This document shows, piece after piece, positions 1 to 10,412 of a DNA stretch of 64,000 nucleotides. The translations under genes were made by a program, and so were the position numbers. A model generated the notes under the pieces. The model made no database searches. It saw nothing but the letters and a program-made list of their open reading frames with translations, and was not told where the DNA came from. The DNA is from Bigelowiella natans CCMP2755 (lineage: Eukaryota > Protista > Cercozoa), in assembly GCA_000320545.1 (NCBI GenBank), contig ADNK01000550.1, positions 165,520 through 229,519 on the forward strand. Direction: 5' to 3'. Position 1 is the stretch's first letter; each line of letters begins with the position of its first letter.

Positions 1-290
1 AAGTAAGGGTTCGAATTCGGCATTGCCGGGATCTCTGTGGCATTGTCAATGCACGCCTGCAAGGGCTTGTTTGATTCAACACCATCGTATCTGCAGCATG
101 TCTGAAAATTTGGAGCAGCGCTCACTGACTGACTAGACGCAACTGATAGCGAAGTCAGTGAACTCATGTTTCAGATTTTTATTTCACCGCACAGAAATTG
201 CACGAAAAAGCAGCAAAGTGCTTCATTTTTTTTTGGCTCCGAAATTAGGTCCAATGAACAACGCTCTACGCAACACGACACAACCGGAAA

Positions 291-626
291 ATGCTCCCCC
301 CCCATCCACTGTGGTACGTGTGCTTGTCAGTTCGCCTGCTGCTCGCCTACCTGGTCAAACTAAACGACAAGCCAGAATGGATCAAAATGACGTTGCTCAT
401 CATGCTCGCGCTCATCTCATCCGGGTTCGCGTACAACTCGCTGTTTGGCAGCAACAACGAGGTTCAACTGCGCGCGGTGTTTTGGCACGACGCGCGATGG
501 GTGCATGCGATGCTGTTTGGCGTTGCGGCCGCTAAGCTAGCGCAGAACGAGGCGACTGCCGCTTTTTCAATTCTGATTTTTGATGTCGTGTTCTCTGTGA
601 CGTACCGGCTTGTCACATGGAAGTAA
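291..626 (+). CDS. Small multi-pass membrane protein resembling a family widespread in giant-virus genomes
   Basis: 111 aa with several hydrophobic segments. The pattern CLSVRLLLAYLVK...SGFAY...VFWHDARWVHAMLF...LIFDV resembles, from recall, the C..R..L.Y.AK / GF.Y / WW..LRP.H..L / L..DV pattern of NCLDV hypothetical membrane proteins. Confidence 0.6.
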   Translation: MLPPHPLWYVCLSVRLLLAYLVKLNDKPEWIKMTLLIMLALISSGFAYNSLFGSNNEVQLRAVFWHDARWVHAMLFGVAAAKLAQNEATAAFSILIFDVVFSVTYRLVTWK

Positions 627-742
627 AAATTTCATCACCCTCATTCAATATTTTTTTGTGATGCTTGCTTGTGAGGTCCCAAAATTGAAAGAAGTTTCGA
701 TCCAAAATCCACCACCGACCAACAAAAAAACACACAACCATC

Positions 743-1264
743 ATGATGATGATGCAACGCTGCGCAAACCCTGGTGTTGCAACAAGACGCCGTGGAGGTA
801 AGGTTGCAGACGTGGCTGAAAGTGTCAGAACACTCGAAAATCTCAAAAAACAAAGAAAAAAAACCAAAAAACGAAAAATGGATCTTCTTGAGGATGCGAA
901 AGACGCGAATAAGAAAGCTAAAGTAGTGGAAAAAAAAGAGAAGAAACTCGAAATTGAAGTGAAAAAGCAAGAAAAAAAGGTCCAAAAAGCTAGGCGCCGA
1001 CCAGTAAAGACAATGATAAAAATGAAAATTTCAAAGTCCAAAAATCCCACAATACAATATTGCATACCTGATAATGTAGGTGACGTTTTCGAGAGAAAAA
1101 ACAAAAAAGGCCAAGTGATGAGTAGGATTACGTGCGTGCAGCCTATGCCAGGTAGAATGCCAAGACCGCGATGGCAACTCGAAAACGGCAGACCGTTTCG
1201 CTCAAAATATCACCCAGAACATTCAAAACGCAGCAAGTATGAATTTGTGTCATCAAAAAAATAA
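743..1264 (+). CDS. Lys-rich basic coiled-coil hypothetical protein
   Basis: 173-aa ATG ORF that packs tightly between neighbours (its stop is 13 nt from the convergent ORF end at 1277). Confidence 0.55.
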   Translation: MMMMQRCANPGVATRRRGGKVADVAESVRTLENLKKQRKKTKKRKMDLLEDAKDANKKAKVVEKKEKKLEIEVKKQEKKVQKARRRPVKTMIKMKISKSKNPTIQYCIPDNVGDVFERKNKKGQVMSRITCVQPMPGRMPRPRWQLENGRPFRSKYHPEHSKRSKYEFVSSKK

Positions 1265-1276
1265 AATGTTCATCCA

Positions 1277-1750
1277 TTATGTTCTCATCAAACGCATTCC
1301 AATGAATGCGACTATGCCTAGCTGCACGAGCAGCATTGTGCTGTCGAAATGTTGTGCCGAGTGGAAAAAGGCTTTGAAAAGGTTGAGGGGAAGATGAAGC
1401 ATCTGCACCGTGATGCCAGCGAGCGACATCACGGTCTGCGAGAAAAAGTCAACGACCATCTCTAAGATGACGTTGAGAGGCTGCAGTAGCCTGTGCAAAA
1501 TCGACGCTGCACCGTTTCCTTTGTACAAGGCCATGTCGGCTTGTTTCCAGGAGTCTGCGGTGTCGGCTGCTAGTGCATGCTGCTGACTGAATGTCTGGTT
1601 CAAGTACAGTTCCGGCGGGGGAACCCAGCCCTTGCTAGATTGATCAAAGCTGACATTTTGCATGAGGGGTACCACGGGCAGGCCCCGGTGATTGAGCAAC
1701 GGGTTGTGGTAGCATCCGCTTTTTTTCCGTGGTGGTGAAATGGTGCTCAT
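1277..1750 (-). CDS. Hypothetical protein with a hydrophobic C-terminus (~157 aa from the ATG at 1750)
   Basis: ORF 1277..1840 in the track; likely start MSTISPP; ends in LLVQLGIVAFIGMRLMRT. Confidence 0.5.
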   Translation of the reverse strand: MSTISPPRKKSGCYHNPLLNHRGLPVVPLMQNVSFDQSSKGWVPPPELYLNQTFSQQHALAADTADSWKQADMALYKGNGAASILHRLLQPLNVILEMVVDFFSQTVMSLAGITVQMLHLPLNLFKAFFHSAQHFDSTMLLVQLGIVAFIGMRLMRT

Positions 1751-1872
1751 GGTGTGACCCTGTGCAAGGGATGTACTCAATTTGGAATTCTGTCGTCTGT
1801 GCTGCCTATTTTTTTTTCCGTGCAAAAAAAAATCGATCATGAAAAACGCACGGTTTTTGAGGAATTACGAGC

Positions 1873-4800
1873 ATGAAATTCCAAAGATCGACACGCGGGG
1901 GATTCAATGTTTGGGATCTGATCGCGAGAATTGATGCCAAAATCAAATCGGCAACAGAAAAGAAAACAGCAGAGGCCAAGCTGTCAGTGCATGTCCGATG
2001 CAGCCCCACAGAGCTGCGACTTGCGTTCTCTTCGAAATTTCATGAACACAAATCCGTGACTCAGACGGTGTCTAAGAGTGTGCACGAACACCTTGCTAAC
2101 CTGCTTGCCGTCTTGCTTCACGATGAGGAACGTGCCCGTGATGGGAACCCGAGCACCCCAGTGGCCTTCAATCTAGACATCCATCCCATCGAACCGATCG
2201 AGAAGGTGTTGACAACTCTCGAAACTCCTAGGATCGCGGATGTCAAAACCGATGTCAGCTCCATACCCGGTCCGGCGCATCTCTGGATGCTCGCTGCTCG
2301 GTACATGTTTTCACACGGCAACGCCAATCGCGTGCAGTTCGCTCGCCCGGACGAATTCACAGTTTTGAAGCTGCCAGAAACAAAAGGTTTAGGGAATGAC
2401 ATCACTAAATTTAGAAGCACCCAGTTTGCGTTGATGCGGAAGATTTTCATCCCCGTGACAATACGGTTCAAGCCAAACATGCCGCAGCATCACTTTCTCA
2501 TCGTGAAACCCGAGATGTGCAACACGTTTCTACAGGAATTGTACACCCACGAAAACACCCCGGCAGGTCCCGTTGCGCTGATGGGGTTCGCCAGAATGCA
2601 CATGCGGATTCTTAACGTCCGGCGTAATCAAATTCTGCGTTTCATCCGCACGCGCCTGACTGCGCAGTTGCAGCGGTCGGTGTACAGAATTGCTTCGGCA
2701 ACCTTGATACAAAAATCGATCAGCCTAGCGAACGACAAGGCCACAGTCGCGGACATCGCCATGCAGCAAATCGTTGAGTCCAAAGCAAGTTACAAGCGGT
2801 GGGCTTCGGTCTCGGTGCGGAAGTTCAACAACTTCTCGGTTCTCAACATCGACTTGGTCAACTTGAACCGCCATTCGCTGGCAAATCACTGGGGGTTTAT
2901 CACCCCTCTAGAGGGCGGCACCGACAACAGCGAGGGCAGCGAGCGGCACATATTGGTTGCAACGGAAACGGACAGCGGTCTGTGCGCGGCGCGATGGGTC
3001 AACAGCAAGACCTCGCGAGAGGAGGTGCTTCCTGCGATGCGCTCGATCTTTGTCGAACTGGCGATCCTGCACGGTTGTGTGTACGGAAGGGACATCAAGA
3101 CGATCCAGTCCGATGAGGGATCGGAGTTTGCGGACATCGTGAGGGAGCTCACGAAGATCAAATACACCCGAAGCAAGGAGAGCAAGAACGTCCAGGTCGA
3201 GACGGTCAACAAGCTCCTGTGCCTTCACATGTTCCGCAAATTCGTGCTGACGGACACTGGGCGGTCGAACGTCGAATTGCACGAGCAGCACTGCAACATG
3301 GTGCTTCAGAACGCCGTGGACGCGATCAACAACACCAACCGCGCTGGGCTCGGGGTCATGATCGACTCGACAAAGACGCGGAACAAGAGCATGGACGCCA
3401 AAGTCCCCGACAGCAACAGAAGACAGCGACACCTTCGCCTGCTGAAGAAACTCAACAGCGGCCACGCAAACAAAACCGAGCTGGTGTCCGGTGTGCAGGG
3501 GAGTGTCGACCTTTCCCTGAGCCCGCGCGCGCTCTGTCTGCACCACATCAACGCAAAGGCCGTCGTGGAATCCGTCTTGCACCCCGAGTTGCGGTCCTAC
3601 GACGAATCGCTGTTGCAAATGGTGCGGATGTCCCGGCCGGTCCGGGCCCGGGTGAGCGTGGAACAGAGCAGTGATGCAAGGCTTTTGCTTCTCAACGACG
3701 CGATGCAGCACCCTCGCGTGTACTCCCGGCTCGAGAGGGTAATGAAGAAAGCCAACCTGCGTGACTCCATGGATCACAGGAAAAAGTTTCTGAAGAAAGT
3801 GGGCAAGATGAACAACCAGAAGCGCGGGGCACTGGAGAGACACCGCAAGGCGACCGCGTTTGACAGGCGAATCAGCACCGAGGCCAGTGAAAACCTCATC
3901 GCACGGATGCTCAAGGACTCGCTTTGGGACAAGATGCAACGACACGTCGTGCGCTGGGGTTACACCAAGGAGAGCCGGCAGCAGATGCACCTCCCGGTGT
4001 TCTCTCTGGTGCGCGTGCTGGTCGACGACACCAAGGCCTCCGGATCCATCATGGAGAACCGAAAGGCTGCACCGACAACCCCAATCGTTGAGGAAGACCT
4101 GGATTGCCTCAAAGAGGAGCGCAAGGGAGCGGGGCGAGGCAGGGGAAACGCACGCGGGGGAAGAAGGGGGCGTGGCAGGCAGCAGCAGCAGCAAAACAAA
4201 CAGATGGAGGGCGTCTACGCCGAGTCGCACTGGTCGCTGAGCGAGAAAAACTCCGATGTCCTACAGACGGACACCCGGAAAGGCGCCGTGAACAACATCC
4301 TGGCACACAACCGAAAACGCTTCTACAAAGGGTACCGCGCGCATTGGTCCTACGACGTTTATGTCGTTCTGTGCGTGCTCCCGACCCTGCAGTCGCACAC
4401 GAACACGTCGAAGGAGGATGCCTCGAAAATCGTTCGTTTGAGGTGTAGGTACATGGTGTGCCCGCTCTGGGTGCTTGGGCGACGCTCAAAAACATTCAGG
4501 GACGCGGTCAGACGGAACCCGACCAGGCTCGACCTGGTGATGCGAGATCTGCGCAGGAACGCCAAACGGTTTTTGACCGAGGAAGGGAACTGGGCGGACG
4601 CTATCGGGGTAGCCAAGGATTTGTGGACTCGCAACCAAAGCCAGTATTACCTGATGCGGAACACCGAGAAGACCAGAGAGGTCGATGCCAAGACGGACCG
4701 GCAGCAGTACAAATCGCCATACCCGTGGAAGATCCGACCGGAATTGCAGCGCATCAACTGGAACACTAACCAGGCTTCGTTGATGTACCCATTCCTCATG

Positions 4801-5823
4801 CTCAGCAACAACGAGACCACGCGTCGGATGCACATGTGTGCCCCCATCTACGTGCACCCCTGGCAGTACGAGGAATCCAGTCTCACACAGGACAAAGCGA
4901 AAGATCTCACGTGCCCCAGAGTGTGGCGGAGAACGCTCTTGCCTGTTTATGGCATTCGACAACGCAACTGGGACGATCCTATCCGCAGCAGCAGCATCAT
5001 CAACGTCAACGACAAAAGTTACCGAGACGCGGCCAAACTCACCTCAGAGCCCCTGGCTTCGGTCGGGGTGGTCTCCGCGACACCGCTCGACCGGAAGGAC
5101 AACCAGACGGTCAGGTACAACAGCGAACGAATGACCAAGACGGACGTACAGACCGGTCTCTGCAGGCTCTGCGAGAAGAAGAACGGGATATTCTCGAGCA
5201 TCTACACCTCCATGAGTGAAATGGAAAACTTAGATAACAAAATTTTGAGCCCAGTTACGAGGAGGGTGAAGGCACAGAGCTATGTGATGTGCATGCTCTT
5301 TGTGTTTGCCGTGCGCTGTGGGTACGATTTGAAGAGTGCGCGAAACAAATGCAAACACACCAATGCTTTCAAACCTGAAAATCTCACCGCAACCGAGAAA
5401 CTCATGTACGACACCATTTTCCTCAAAACCGTGCCGAAATTAGACGGGCTTGTTTTCGAAAATAATAACGAAGCATACGACGCTCTGAACGAACAAGTCG
5501 AAAAGCTTACAAAGAAGAAGTTCGGAAGCACCAAGAACAAATCTCTTTTCGTGCGGCTCTGGATGCGGTGGTGCATGCGAAGCATGCTTTTGTTCATGGA
5601 GACCCCGAGAGGCACACAACCGTACCTGGACGCAATGCTAAAGGTGAAGAAAGCTGTTGACAACAAGTTTAGCAGAGAGATTTTCGACACCCTCCCGTCC
5701 AAGAATGAGTATTACATCACCAGCCAAGCCACAAGTGACGAGAAAGATGCGAGGGCAAAGCAGGTGCTGTATCGACTTTTCACCCGAATGAACGAGATCG
5801 GAAAAAATTTTCCTTCCCGCTGA
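1873..5823 (+). CDS. Very large retroviral-type (rve, DDE) integrase, Polinton/virophage-like, 1316 aa
   Basis: Core motifs VLNIDLVNL (D327, nt 2851), HILVATETDSGLCAARWVNSK, TIQSDEGSEF (D414, nt 3112), QVETVNKLL (E443, nt 3199) and NAVDAINNT. Downstream are FSLVRVL and FYKGYRAHWSYDVYVV (nt 4321), the latter matching the KGY..W..E.F.V motif of Polinton-type integrases. Confidence 0.8.
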   Translation: MKFQRSTRGGFNVWDLIARIDAKIKSATEKKTAEAKLSVHVRCSPTELRLAFSSKFHEHKSVTQTVSKSVHEHLANLLAVLLHDEERARDGNPSTPVAFNLDIHPIEPIEKVLTTLETPRIADVKTDVSSIPGPAHLWMLAARYMFSHGNANRVQFARPDEFTVLKLPETKGLGNDITKFRSTQFALMRKIFIPVTIRFKPNMPQHHFLIVKPEMCNTFLQELYTHENTPAGPVALMGFARMHMRILNVRRNQILRFIRTRLTAQLQRSVYRIASATLIQKSISLANDKATVADIAMQQIVESKASYKRWASVSVRKFNNFSVLNIDLVNLNRHSLANHWGFITPLEGGTDNSEGSERHILVATETDSGLCAARWVNSKTSREEVLPAMRSIFVELAILHGCVYGRDIKTIQSDEGSEFADIVRELTKIKYTRSKESKNVQVETVNKLLCLHMFRKFVLTDTGRSNVELHEQHCNMVLQNAVDAINNTNRAGLGVMIDSTKTRNKSMDAKVPDSNRRQRHLRLLKKLNSGHANKTELVSGVQGSVDLSLSPRALCLHHINAKAVVESVLHPELRSYDESLLQMVRMSRPVRARVSVEQSSDARLLLLNDAMQHPRVYSRLERVMKKANLRDSMDHRKKFLKKVGKMNNQKRGALERHRKATAFDRRISTEASENLIARMLKDSLWDKMQRHVVRWGYTKESRQQMHLPVFSLVRVLVDDTKASGSIMENRKAAPTTPIVEEDLDCLKEERKGAGRGRGNARGGRRGRGRQQQQQNKQMEGVYAESHWSLSEKNSDVLQTDTRKGAVNNILAHNRKRFYKGYRAHWSYDVYVVLCVLPTLQSHTNTSKEDASKIVRLRCRYMVCPLWVLGRRSKTFRDAVRRNPTRLDLVMRDLRRNAKRFLTEEGNWADAIGVAKDLWTRNQSQYYLMRNTEKTREVDAKTDRQQYKSPYPWKIRPELQRINWNTNQASLMYPFLMLSNNETTRRMHMCAPIYVHPWQYEESSLTQDKAKDLTCPRVWRRTLLPVYGIRQRNWDDPIRSSSIINVNDKSYRDAAKLTSEPLASVGVVSATPLDRKDNQTVRYNSERMTKTDVQTGLCRLCEKKNGIFSSIYTSMSEMENLDNKILSPVTRRVKAQSYVMCMLFVFAVRCGYDLKSARNKCKHTNAFKPENLTATEKLMYDTIFLKTVPKLDGLVFENNNEAYDALNEQVEKLTKKKFGSTKNKSLFVRLWMRWCMRSMLLFMETPRGTQPYLDAMLKVKKAVDNKFSREIFDTLPSKNEYYITSQATSDEKDARAKQVLYRLFTRMNEIGKNFPSR

Positions 5824-5857
5824 TGAAGTGGTCTCAGTGCGCACGACGCATCAATCG

Positions 5858-6106
5858 ATGACCAAAAAAACACACAACGGGTGCCTCATACGCAACCCAT
5901 ACCACCCAAATCACAAGAAGGCCAAGCCGCGCATCAGAGTGAGCATGTGCGTGCCGCACGCCGGGAAAAAAGGCGCGAAGCGGACATCATACTGCGCACG
6001 CACTGCGCACATCAAAGGCAAATGGAAGCGTGATCCAAACAGTCGGAACTTGGTGCAACGAAGACGATGGAAGTGTAATTACGTGAGTGGTGAACTCAGG
6101 ATTTAA
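5858..6106 (+). CDS. Small basic hypothetical protein (~82 aa)
   Basis: ATG at 5858 within ORF 5828..6106; fills the gap between the integrase and the convergent 6157 ORF; K/R-rich. Confidence 0.4.
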   Translation: MTKKTHNGCLIRNPYHPNHKKAKPRIRVSMCVPHAGKKGAKRTSYCARTAHIKGKWKRDPNSRNLVQRRRWKCNYVSGELRI

Positions 6107-6156
6107 AAACAAAAAATGAATTGAAAATGAAAATGTGAACATGCCATTTGTTTCGA

Positions 6157-7362
6157 TCATTTGAAATATTTCTTGTATTCCTCTTCATCATCAGAAATCC
6201 AAGGTTTCCAAAAGATGGTGATTTCCAGCTTTCTGTTCGTGTACTTCTCGCTTGTTACGTTCTTGTAGATGTCGCGACCCTGAGAGTCGAACAGCTGGAA
6301 GTGTATCCACAACTCCCCGTAGCCCTCCTCTGCATACATCTTGATGTTCTGATTGTAATGGGGTACGAACAACACGCTGTCAGGCTTTTGCAGTTTCGCT
6401 TTCATCCCTGGATGCCAATTTTGCGAAGATTGATAGTTTTGTTGAGAGTACCATTTGAAAACACGCCCGAAATCATTGAAGTTGTTCATTGTCTCTTTGT
6501 GTCGAAAATGACAACAACTTTCGTAATAGCACCACTGGAATTTTGTTACTGGTTCGTGCTTGTCGCCGTAAATGGACGTGATGTACCCGTTCTGGTAAAA
6601 TGTGTGGTCGTAAACTCTGAGTAACAATTTCTGTTCCGGTCGCATTTTCACTGTGTGTTCGTACTGTCCGAGTTTCCTCAACTCTTTGAGGAATTCAAAA
6701 GAAGGCAGGTCACAAACGAGTCCACTACTCCGAGAATTTTTTAATTGTTCATACGCTTGGGGCAATGTCTTCGTAAACACTTTCATGTCCAATTCGATCA
6801 TTTCATTTTGAGTAATCCAATGCGGTCGCACATCCATTGTCATTTTGTTGTTCAACATGTTCAATGTCATTGACCGAAAATCAATTTTTGTGCCGTTGTT
6901 GAGCATTTTCCTCATGTGTTGACTTCTGTTTGACTGTTTCCCTCTCAAACCAGTGGTGCCAAAGCGTTGACAAATCAAAGAATAGCTCACCGCTTGCATG
7001 ATGTCACCGGAAATCTGGACTCCGTTCAGGTTGTCGTGGGACAAAATGCATTTCAGAGCTCTGGAAAAACTGCATGGGTTCTCACTGCACTCCTTTCCAG
7101 AGACATCGGAGTTCTTCAACACGAAAATTTCCAGATTCGGGAATCTGTCGTTGAACCAATTTGTTGTTTGGTCCTCCAATACGGCTTCATCAAGGACAGA
7201 TGAATTCCATGCCTCCAGATGAATCTCGGTTATGTCATGCATTTTTCCTTCAGTTTTGTGTTTCAAATCATTCTTTGACACAGGACCACCCAGCAACAAA
7301 GTGTCGTAGTCGAGGTGATTGCAGGCACGCTTCACAGAAGGCGAGTAATCGATTTTGAGCAT
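6157..7362 (-). CDS. Hypothetical protein, 401 aa
   Basis: Long uninterrupted ATG ORF; a possible LRR-like segment (RFPNLEIFVL) near the N-terminus; no family recognised. Confidence 0.7.
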   Translation of the reverse strand: MLKIDYSPSVKRACNHLDYDTLLLGGPVSKNDLKHKTEGKMHDITEIHLEAWNSSVLDEAVLEDQTTNWFNDRFPNLEIFVLKNSDVSGKECSENPCSFSRALKCILSHDNLNGVQISGDIMQAVSYSLICQRFGTTGLRGKQSNRSQHMRKMLNNGTKIDFRSMTLNMLNNKMTMDVRPHWITQNEMIELDMKVFTKTLPQAYEQLKNSRSSGLVCDLPSFEFLKELRKLGQYEHTVKMRPEQKLLLRVYDHTFYQNGYITSIYGDKHEPVTKFQWCYYESCCHFRHKETMNNFNDFGRVFKWYSQQNYQSSQNWHPGMKAKLQKPDSVLFVPHYNQNIKMYAEEGYGELWIHFQLFDSQGRDIYKNVTSEKYTNRKLEITIFWKPWISDDEEEYKKYFK

Positions 7363-8050
7363 GATGGCGCCAGATCGGGTCAGGGGGTTGTTGCCAGTGT
7401 TTGTTTGAATTGTGTTTCAACCACAAGATTCAACCAAGTGCTTGATTTTGTTCATTTTTTTTGTCGACTCTTCTTTGCAATTCTGAACAATTGAGCCTGC
7501 ATTTTTGTCACGTTTTGCGTGGTTTGGCCCTAAAAATGACACGAAATGGCGTGTTGATCAGCAGAAAAATGCTGTGTTCATTTTGCCATGGAAACCCAGC
7601 CACTTTTCCATGCTGCGACATAGATGTAACGATGATTCACTGACAACAAACAAAGAGACACTGTGCAAGATGAAACGTCGAAAAATGCGTTCGGGAATGC
7701 CCTTTTTTTGATTTTGCCTAAAATTTCACCAAACACAAGATTTTTTGGACATTTTTTGAAATTTAGCCGAGAAAGAATTTGCTATTTGTCGCACCCTTGA
7801 CACGGCATTGAATTCTGACTTCGGAGTTAAGAACTCAGTCTGACTGGGCAGATGACCTCCTGGATGGTTTCCGTGGTGTTTTGCCTAAAACGATCCACGG
7901 AATTTCTGGACATCTGGAGACCCCGTCGAGACGAAAAATTATTTTTTTGGCAAAAGAGCAAAATTCAAGATGAGGAAGGGGGGGGTACCTCTTTTGTTTT
8001 TTGACTGGGCAAATGTCACGATTTTCCATCTCGACACGACAAATTTCATC

Positions 8051-8281
8051 ATGGATGACCTGTCTCCATCACCACGGGATCCAAAAATTGTCTTCAACCA
8101 TTTTGTAGCACATCCATTGATGCATTGGCAGGAATTCAACAAAATTTGCAAAAAAGTGAGAGAGAGATACGAATCTCTGCCAAAGTTCAAAAAAACACGA
8201 AAGATAGTTTGCTTGTCCCCATCACCACAAAAAGCTAGAATTGTGGACGAATGCCAAGTTAAACTTTCATCAATGCGTTAA
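8051..8281 (+). CDS. Possible small hypothetical protein (76 aa from ATG 8051)
   Basis: Part of ORF 7970..8281; preceded by an AT-rich spacer that shares a motif with the spacer before 10413. Confidence 0.3.
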   Translation: MDDLSPSPRDPKIVFNHFVAHPLMHWQEFNKICKKVRERYESLPKFKKTRKIVCLSPSPQKARIVDECQVKLSSMR

Positions 8282-8425
8282 AAGATCAATGCAAGCATGT
8301 AAATTCCTTCATGTTGATGCCGCGATGCGCGCGCGAAGCCCCGCTTGCATGCACTCAATTGGCTTTGCAAAGCTGCTTTGCTGTGTTGCTCTTTCGACAT
8401 TTGTGTGCATGCACTACATGAACAA

Positions 8426-9991
8426 TCAACAATTTTCACACCCATGTTCACAATTCACAAAAAAAGGCATCAAGGGCTTTTTGATTTCGCTACGTTTGCG
8501 TAGAGAATATTTAGACTTTTTTTGGCGCTTCTTTCTGTCATTCTTCTTCCGAGGCACATTGTTCTCGTTGCTGTATAGCGATGGGGGATTTGCATGTTTC
8601 CTCTTCCTCAGCCTCTTTTTTTTTTTTGATTTCATGGGTGCTGAAGTCATCCAGATCCGTAATTCATTGACGAAATCGCGAACAAACTCGTCCAACACGA
8701 TCTTGGTTTCTCCAAGCTTGTTGTATTGCCTCACAAACTGTTGAAGATAGTCGATGAGGTAATGAACTTCCATGAAATAGACCAATTTATTAGCTTGTTT
8801 GCTTTCTTGTTCTGCACACCTTTGCGAAAAAAAGATCAACTTTTCTGGCAGAATTTTCGATGTTTGCAAGAATCTTGCAATGTTCGACCACGAATGGTGC
8901 ATCGATGCATGTCGACTTAACCGATTTGGAACGCGAATGTACAACACGCCCTCGAAACGACACATTTTGACTAAGAGTGGGTGTTTTGTCTTTTTGAAAA
9001 AGGTCACACTGTCAAGAGTCGCTTTTCCTGGCAGCGGGAATATGGGAGCGTGGAGTTCGTCGATGTCATGGTGATGGTCCGTAAGGGACATGTATCGCTG
9101 GATCAAATTGTAGATTTCAATGTTTTCCTCCGTGCTCGCCAAGCTTGAAACTGAGCTCTCATCATCGCTTTCTTCGGTGACACCCAACTCGTTCAGCCTT
9201 TGTGCCTGTCCCAGACAGTTGTAAAGCAAGGTTTGACACAATTCAATGGAGCCGTTCATCCTCAGCTTGCTTTCCTTGGTGATCTTCAGAAACCTCTGCA
9301 ACATGGCAGTGTCCTGGTTTCTCCAAAACTTAGCGACCTGATCCTCAACGCCTTCAGCAAGTGCCTTCAAATCGCCCAGTTGAACATGACATAATTTCAA
9401 ATCCTTCAGATATTCAGCAGTGGTGTATGCAGGATTTCTGTGGTGGCGCTGCATGAGTTCGTCCAAAGTGTTCATAACTTCTTTGAAAGTGAACTCCATG
9501 TGGGACAATTTCCCGAGATGTTTGAAATGCAAACTGAGACTAAATGACGGCAAGGTTGTTGCCACCTTTTCATCTTCATCCGTGAGATCTCCCGTCCCCT
9601 CCTCCGGCAAGGAGAAGAGAGCTGTAGGTTTAGCGGTGTTGGTTTTCCTTGTCCTGGATTGGTACCGATCACTTCGTGGGGCGGAAGGAACAGGGGCGGA
9701 AACCCTCCTTGGAGGTGTGTAGTACAAATGATTGCTCGTGCTTCCCCATGACTTGGGCTGCGTGAGTTTGAGGTCTGGTGACTCTTGCATTGTTCGGACG
9801 AGACGACAAGGAAGGGGGATAGGAAGGTCAATGCCACTGCGAAAGATGGGAAGTGACACAAAGTGCGAGAAGAGTATGGAATTTTCTTTTGCTTTGTTGG
9901 ACCAGATGATGGGAACATTGACACCAAACCAGTTGTCGCACTTGTGATTTCCGGGTGACTTTTCACATTTTGCATCACAAACCAAAAACAA
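8426..9991 (-). CDS. Hypothetical protein, up to 521 aa (true start probably downstream; 9991 is a TTG)
   Basis: Long ORF with a helical/coiled-coil middle, an acidic patch and a strongly basic NLS-like C-terminus (KSKKKKRLRKRK). Confidence 0.7.
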   Translation of the reverse strand: MFLVCDAKCEKSPGNHKCDNWFGVNVPIIWSNKAKENSILFSHFVSLPIFRSGIDLPIPLPCRLVRTMQESPDLKLTQPKSWGSTSNHLYYTPPRRVSAPVPSAPRSDRYQSRTRKTNTAKPTALFSLPEEGTGDLTDEDEKVATTLPSFSLSLHFKHLGKLSHMEFTFKEVMNTLDELMQRHHRNPAYTTAEYLKDLKLCHVQLGDLKALAEGVEDQVAKFWRNQDTAMLQRFLKITKESKLRMNGSIELCQTLLYNCLGQAQRLNELGVTEESDDESSVSSLASTEENIEIYNLIQRYMSLTDHHHDIDELHAPIFPLPGKATLDSVTFFKKTKHPLLVKMCRFEGVLYIRVPNRLSRHASMHHSWSNIARFLQTSKILPEKLIFFSQRCAEQESKQANKLVYFMEVHYLIDYLQQFVRQYNKLGETKIVLDEFVRDFVNELRIWMTSAPMKSKKKKRLRKRKHANPPSLYSNENNVPRKKNDRKKRQKKSKYSLRKRSEIKKPLMPFFVNCEHGCENC

Positions 9992-10412
9992 TGGCGGGAA
10001 ACTCTACCATTTCTCTGGAATCGAGCGGGAGGGTTCGAGAACAATGCGAGTTCGCGTGGAATGGCAGGGGAATTTTTGCGGGTTTGGGTGTTCGGGTGTG
10101 CAAAAAGACCACAATTGCTTCCTGGCCCACGTGCTTTGCTGCTCCGTGGCATTTTGCGTGCCCATCACTCGTAAATTTCTCGTGACAAGGTACCCTCTTT
10201 TTGTTTTTATTTTTAAAAATATCTTTTCGGTAGCAAGAATTTGGTGAAAATTGCCTAAATGTCAAAAAACAAAGAGAGTCCCGCCAAACACCCAAACGAA
10301 CAAAATCACCCAAAACACACCATGAACTTTTCTCATGCAAAGGAGCACTTTGCTTTCACTTTCCACCTGTCCGCGCTCCTACCTTTCGGCCCCAGTGTTG
10401 CAATCTGAGCAC

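Noticed and set aside
1-20. GGGTTCGAATTC resembling a tRNA T-loop/B-box
   Set aside because: At the window edge, with no acceptor stem or cloverleaf that can be built.
2908-4230. 440-aa minus-strand ORF
   Set aside because: Antisense shadow of the GC-rich integrase ORF; no motifs.
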